Below, one piece after another: positions 61,207 through 64,000 of a stretch of DNA of 64,000 nt. Made by a program: the position numbers and the translations under genes. Position 1 is the stretch's first letter, and each line of letters opens with the position of its first letter. The notes beneath the pieces were generated by a model, which worked only from the letters and a program-made list of their open reading frames with translations, was not told the origin of the DNA and searched no databases. Origin of the DNA: Candidatus Lustribacter sp. GTDB taxonomy: Bacteria > Vulcanimicrobiota > Vulcanimicrobiia > Vulcanimicrobiales > Vulcanimicrobiaceae. The stretch covers positions 4,832,001-4,896,000 of the forward strand of contig OZ255842.1 in NCBI GenBank assembly GCA_965277805.1. Direction: 5' to 3'.

Positions 61207-62046
61207 CTATTGGAGCGGCGGTCCCTCAACCATGAGCCGGTGCATCAAGCGCTTCTCGCCATGGTAGTCGTTGAGCGCGTAGTGAAGACATTGGCGATTG
61301 TCCCAAAACGCGATCGAGCCTTCTTCCCAGTGGAAGCGGCACGCGAACTCGGGCCGCGCGATGTGCGTGTAGAGGAAGCGCAATAGCGGCTCGCTCTCCG
61401 CCATGGTCCAGCCCTCGAAGTGCGTGGTATAGGTAGGGTTCACGTAGAGCACCTCGCGGCCGTTTTCGGGATGCCGCCCGACGACCGGATGCGTCGCCTC
61501 GTTTGAAGCCTCGCCCAGATTGACCATGCCGCGGCGGGCAGCGACCTCGTCGGGGGCCGTCTTTACGCCGAACACGTGCGCGTTGCTGTGCACGGCGCGC
61601 ATTCCGCGCAGCGTTTGCTTGAGGCCCTCGGAGAGCGCGTCGAAGGCGAGCGCCATGTTGAGCCACATCGTATCGCCGCCGACGTCCGGCAGTTGCCGCG
61701 CGACGAGCATCGTGCCCATCACCGGAACGTCGCGGAAGGCTTGGTCCGTATGCCAGCCGCCGCCGATGTTCTTGGTGTCGGCTTCTTCCTTGCGCACTTC
61801 AGCGAGTTCGGTATAGCCGTCGACCTTCGGGTTGAACTTGCTGCTGGTGAGCGGTCCGAAGCGCCGCGCGAACGCGATGAACTGGTCGGAGTCGACGTGC
61901 TGGTCGCGGAAGAAGATCACGCCGCGATCGTTGTAGGTTTGGCGGATCAGCGCGAAGGTTTCGTCGTCGAGATCGTTGACGTCGACGCCGAGAATTTCCG
62001 AACCGACGGCAGTCGTGAGTGGTTTGATGCGAAGCGTAGTGAGCAC
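61207..62046 (-). CDS. TauD/TfdA dioxygenase
   Basis: WHTD, GGDT, WDNRQCLH. Confidence 0.93.
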   Translation of the reverse strand: MLTTLRIKPLTTAVGSEILGVDVNDLDDETFALIRQTYNDRGVIFFRDQHVDSDQFIAFARRFGPLTSSKFNPKVDGYTELAEVRKEEADTKNIGGGWHTDQAFRDVPVMGTMLVARQLPDVGGDTMWLNMALAFDALSEGLKQTLRGMRAVHSNAHVFGVKTAPDEVAARRGMVNLGEASNEATHPVVGRHPENGREVLYVNPTYTTHFEGWTMAESEPLLRFLYTHIARPEFACRFHWEEGSIAFWDNRQCLHYALNDYHGEKRLMHRLMVEGPPLQ

Positions 62047-62063
62047 GGGCGTTCCTCTCGGCG

Positions 62064-63677
62064 CTACTTGAGGCGGATGTCTTTGACGTACATCAGCGGG
62101 AGCTGGTGCGCGACGGCAGTATAGCTCACGTCGGGTTTCATGACGTACTGCGTGGCGGCGTGCCAGATACCGATGATGCCGACGTCGTCGTAGAGCATGC
62201 GATCGGCTTGGCGAATGACGGCCGCGCGCTGTCCCGCATCGAAGATCGTGATCGACTTGTCGACCAGTTCCTCGAACTTCGGATCGGTCGGCTTGTAGGT
62301 GGTCGTCGCGCCGTGATTCGAGAGCGTGAAATACAGTGCCGAAGCGGGGTCGTTGTAATTCGAGAACGGCATCGCGCGCAACTGAATGTAGACGAAGCTC
62401 GGATCCTTGCTGGATTTGCCGAGCATCTCTTGGTTCTGAATCGTCTCGACTTGGTTGACGTTAACGGTAATGCCGACGGCTTTCAGGTAGAGCGCTACGG
62501 CCTCGGCGGTTTCGCGCATGCCGTAGTACGTCTGCGGCCAGTAGAGCGGCATCGTGAACCCGTTCGGATAGCCCGCTTCCGCCAGCAGCTTCTTGGCGAG
62601 CGCGGGGTCGTAGCTGTAGTTCTTTAAACCCGGGTCGTAGCCGAGCTCGCCCACCGATAGCAGCGGTTCGCGCGACGGAATCCCGTTCATCAAGCCCTTG
62701 GCGATCGCATCGCCGTCGATGGCGTGCGCCATCGCTTGCCGGACCTTCAGCTTCGCCCACGGGACGTTCGGGTTGTACGTCTGAAAGTTGATCGCGATGA
62801 ACGGAAACGTCGGGACCGACACGACCTTGTCGCCGGCTTTTTGAAAAGCCGCAACCTGGTTCCACGGCGCCGACGAAATCAGGTCGGCTTCTCCCGACTG
62901 GAGCTTGGCGGCGCGCGTCGCATCATCTTTGATGAAGTAAATGCGCGCACGCTTCACCTGCGGCGCGCCGCCCCAGTAGTTCGCGTTTGCTTCGAGGTCG
63001 GCGTACTGACCGCGTTTGTAGTCGACGAGTTTATAGGGCCCGGTACCGATCGGATGATCGAAGAACGTCTGCTCGCCCACCCGATCGTGGTAAACCTTTG
63101 AGGCGAGGTAGATGCTGCGTTCGTTGACGACCGTGACGTTGGGGGTTTTGAACACGAAGCGCGCCGTCGACGGGTTGACGGCCTCGACGTGGTCGATGTT
63201 GGCTTTATAGAACCCGCGAAAGTTTGCCGAATTGGCCATCGTGCGGTCGAAGCTGAAGACCACGTCCTCGGCCGTGAGCGGGTCGCCGGTCGAAAACTTG
63301 ATGCCTGGATGAAGGTGGAAGTCGACCGTTTTGCCGTCCGGGCTGATCACCCAGTTTGCGACCGTCATCTTGGGCCGGCCGTTGTGGTCGACGCCGATCA
63401 GCGTCTCCTCGATGTTCGACATGAGCGGCTCGGTCGAGGGCTGGGAGAGCGCGAACGCCGGGTCGAGGGTGGCGGGCTCCTGGTCGATCACGATGACGAG
63501 CTGCCGTTGCCCGCTTTGAGCTCCGGCGGGGACGGCGACAGTGGCCCCGAGCAGCGCGACGGCGCACGCGATGCGCGCAAGCAACAAATATGCCGTTCGA
63601 TTCACGTTTCGGAGAATACCATTCCACCGGACGGCGAGAAAGCTCAAACCGGCCTTTTTCCGTTGCATGCAGCGCAA
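62064..63677 (-). CDS. ABC substrate-binding protein, family 5 (start possibly 63605)
   Basis: EPATLDP, LTAEDVVFS, PIGTGPY. Confidence 0.92.
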   Translation of the reverse strand: MRCMQRKKAGLSFLAVRWNGILRNVNRTAYLLLARIACAVALLGATVAVPAGAQSGQRQLVIVIDQEPATLDPAFALSQPSTEPLMSNIEETLIGVDHNGRPKMTVANWVISPDGKTVDFHLHPGIKFSTGDPLTAEDVVFSFDRTMANSANFRGFYKANIDHVEAVNPSTARFVFKTPNVTVVNERSIYLASKVYHDRVGEQTFFDHPIGTGPYKLVDYKRGQYADLEANANYWGGAPQVKRARIYFIKDDATRAAKLQSGEADLISSAPWNQVAAFQKAGDKVVSVPTFPFIAINFQTYNPNVPWAKLKVRQAMAHAIDGDAIAKGLMNGIPSREPLLSVGELGYDPGLKNYSYDPALAKKLLAEAGYPNGFTMPLYWPQTYYGMRETAEAVALYLKAVGITVNVNQVETIQNQEMLGKSSKDPSFVYIQLRAMPFSNYNDPASALYFTLSNHGATTTYKPTDPKFEELVDKSITIFDAGQRAAVIRQADRMLYDDVGIIGIWHAATQYVMKPDVSYTAVAHQLPLMYVKDIRLK

Positions 63678-63680
63678 CGA

Positions 63681-64000
63681 TCAGGTCGCGCGCCGGGCGT
63701 ATCTCCCAGCCACGGTGCGTAGCGCCTTCATGAGCCGCGAGTCGCGCATCTTGCGCGGGTAGGCGAGGCCGACGGTCCGCGTGCGGGCGGCGCTGCCGTC
63801 GATCGTGATGGCCACGACGTCGGGATGGCCGTGGCCGGCGATACGTTCGGCGATGATCGAGACGGCGATCCCGCGCCGTACCACACCCAGCAGTGCGATC
63901 ATGTCGCTAACCTCGACGTTGATTTTTGGGGTGAAGCCGGCCCGCGCGCAGGCCTTGAGCAGCTCTTGGTAACTCCACGACCCGTCCATGAGCGTGGCGA
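63681..64000 (-). CDS. LysR regulator, C-terminal part (5' end outside window)
   Basis: ACARAGFTPKI..E...LLGVVRRGIAVSII. Confidence 0.75.
   Translation of the reverse strand, partial: ATLMDGSWSYQELLKACARAGFTPKINVEVSDMIALLGVVRRGIAVSIIAERIAGHGHPDVVAITIDGSAARTRTVGLAYPRKMRDSRLMKALRTVAGRYARRAT

Noticed and set aside
1-64000. CRISPR array, tRNA or rRNA genes
   Set aside because: No regularly spaced repeat-spacer array or recognisable structural RNA gene seen by eye

Overview
High-GC bacterial window; the gene style suggests Candidatus Eremiobacterota/Vulcanimicrobiota, but that is a guess. The main feature is a ~37.3 kb integrated element (15570-52838) that splits comEC inside its metallo-beta-lactamase HxHxDH motif. 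A 7-bp core (TCGCCGT) is duplicated at both ends, and removing the element restores ...LLTHPHGDHVGG.... The element backbone is satellite-like: large serine integrase, XRE repressor, divergent xis, split primase/AAA helicase with an internal iteron origin, a tape-measure-like protein with a lytic domain, and TerS/TerL. I see no portal, capsid or tail genes. The ~26 kb cargo region has a Cre-like tyrosine recombinase at its left edge and is punctuated by lox/dif-like sites (TCGATAA-N7-TTATCGA). Two of these are an identical 22-bp pair in inverted orientation, and several degenerate ones lie at gene 3' ends. Cargo includes defence-like genes (three HEPN-motif ORFs, AlbA_2/Schlafen plus partner, DUF4268, TIR remnant, Panacea antitoxin), an Ivy-like lysozyme inhibitor, four paralogous small Zn fingers and several repeated gene modules. 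The flanks are ordinary host genes. Left: DUF11-repeat protein, VOC, SDR/TetR, P450, Rieske oxygenase, Yip1, SARP/BTAD regulator. Right: GalE-like epimerase and a LysR-ABC peptide transporter-TauD-enolase-dehydrogenase operon. All family calls are by eye from motifs; no database search was run.
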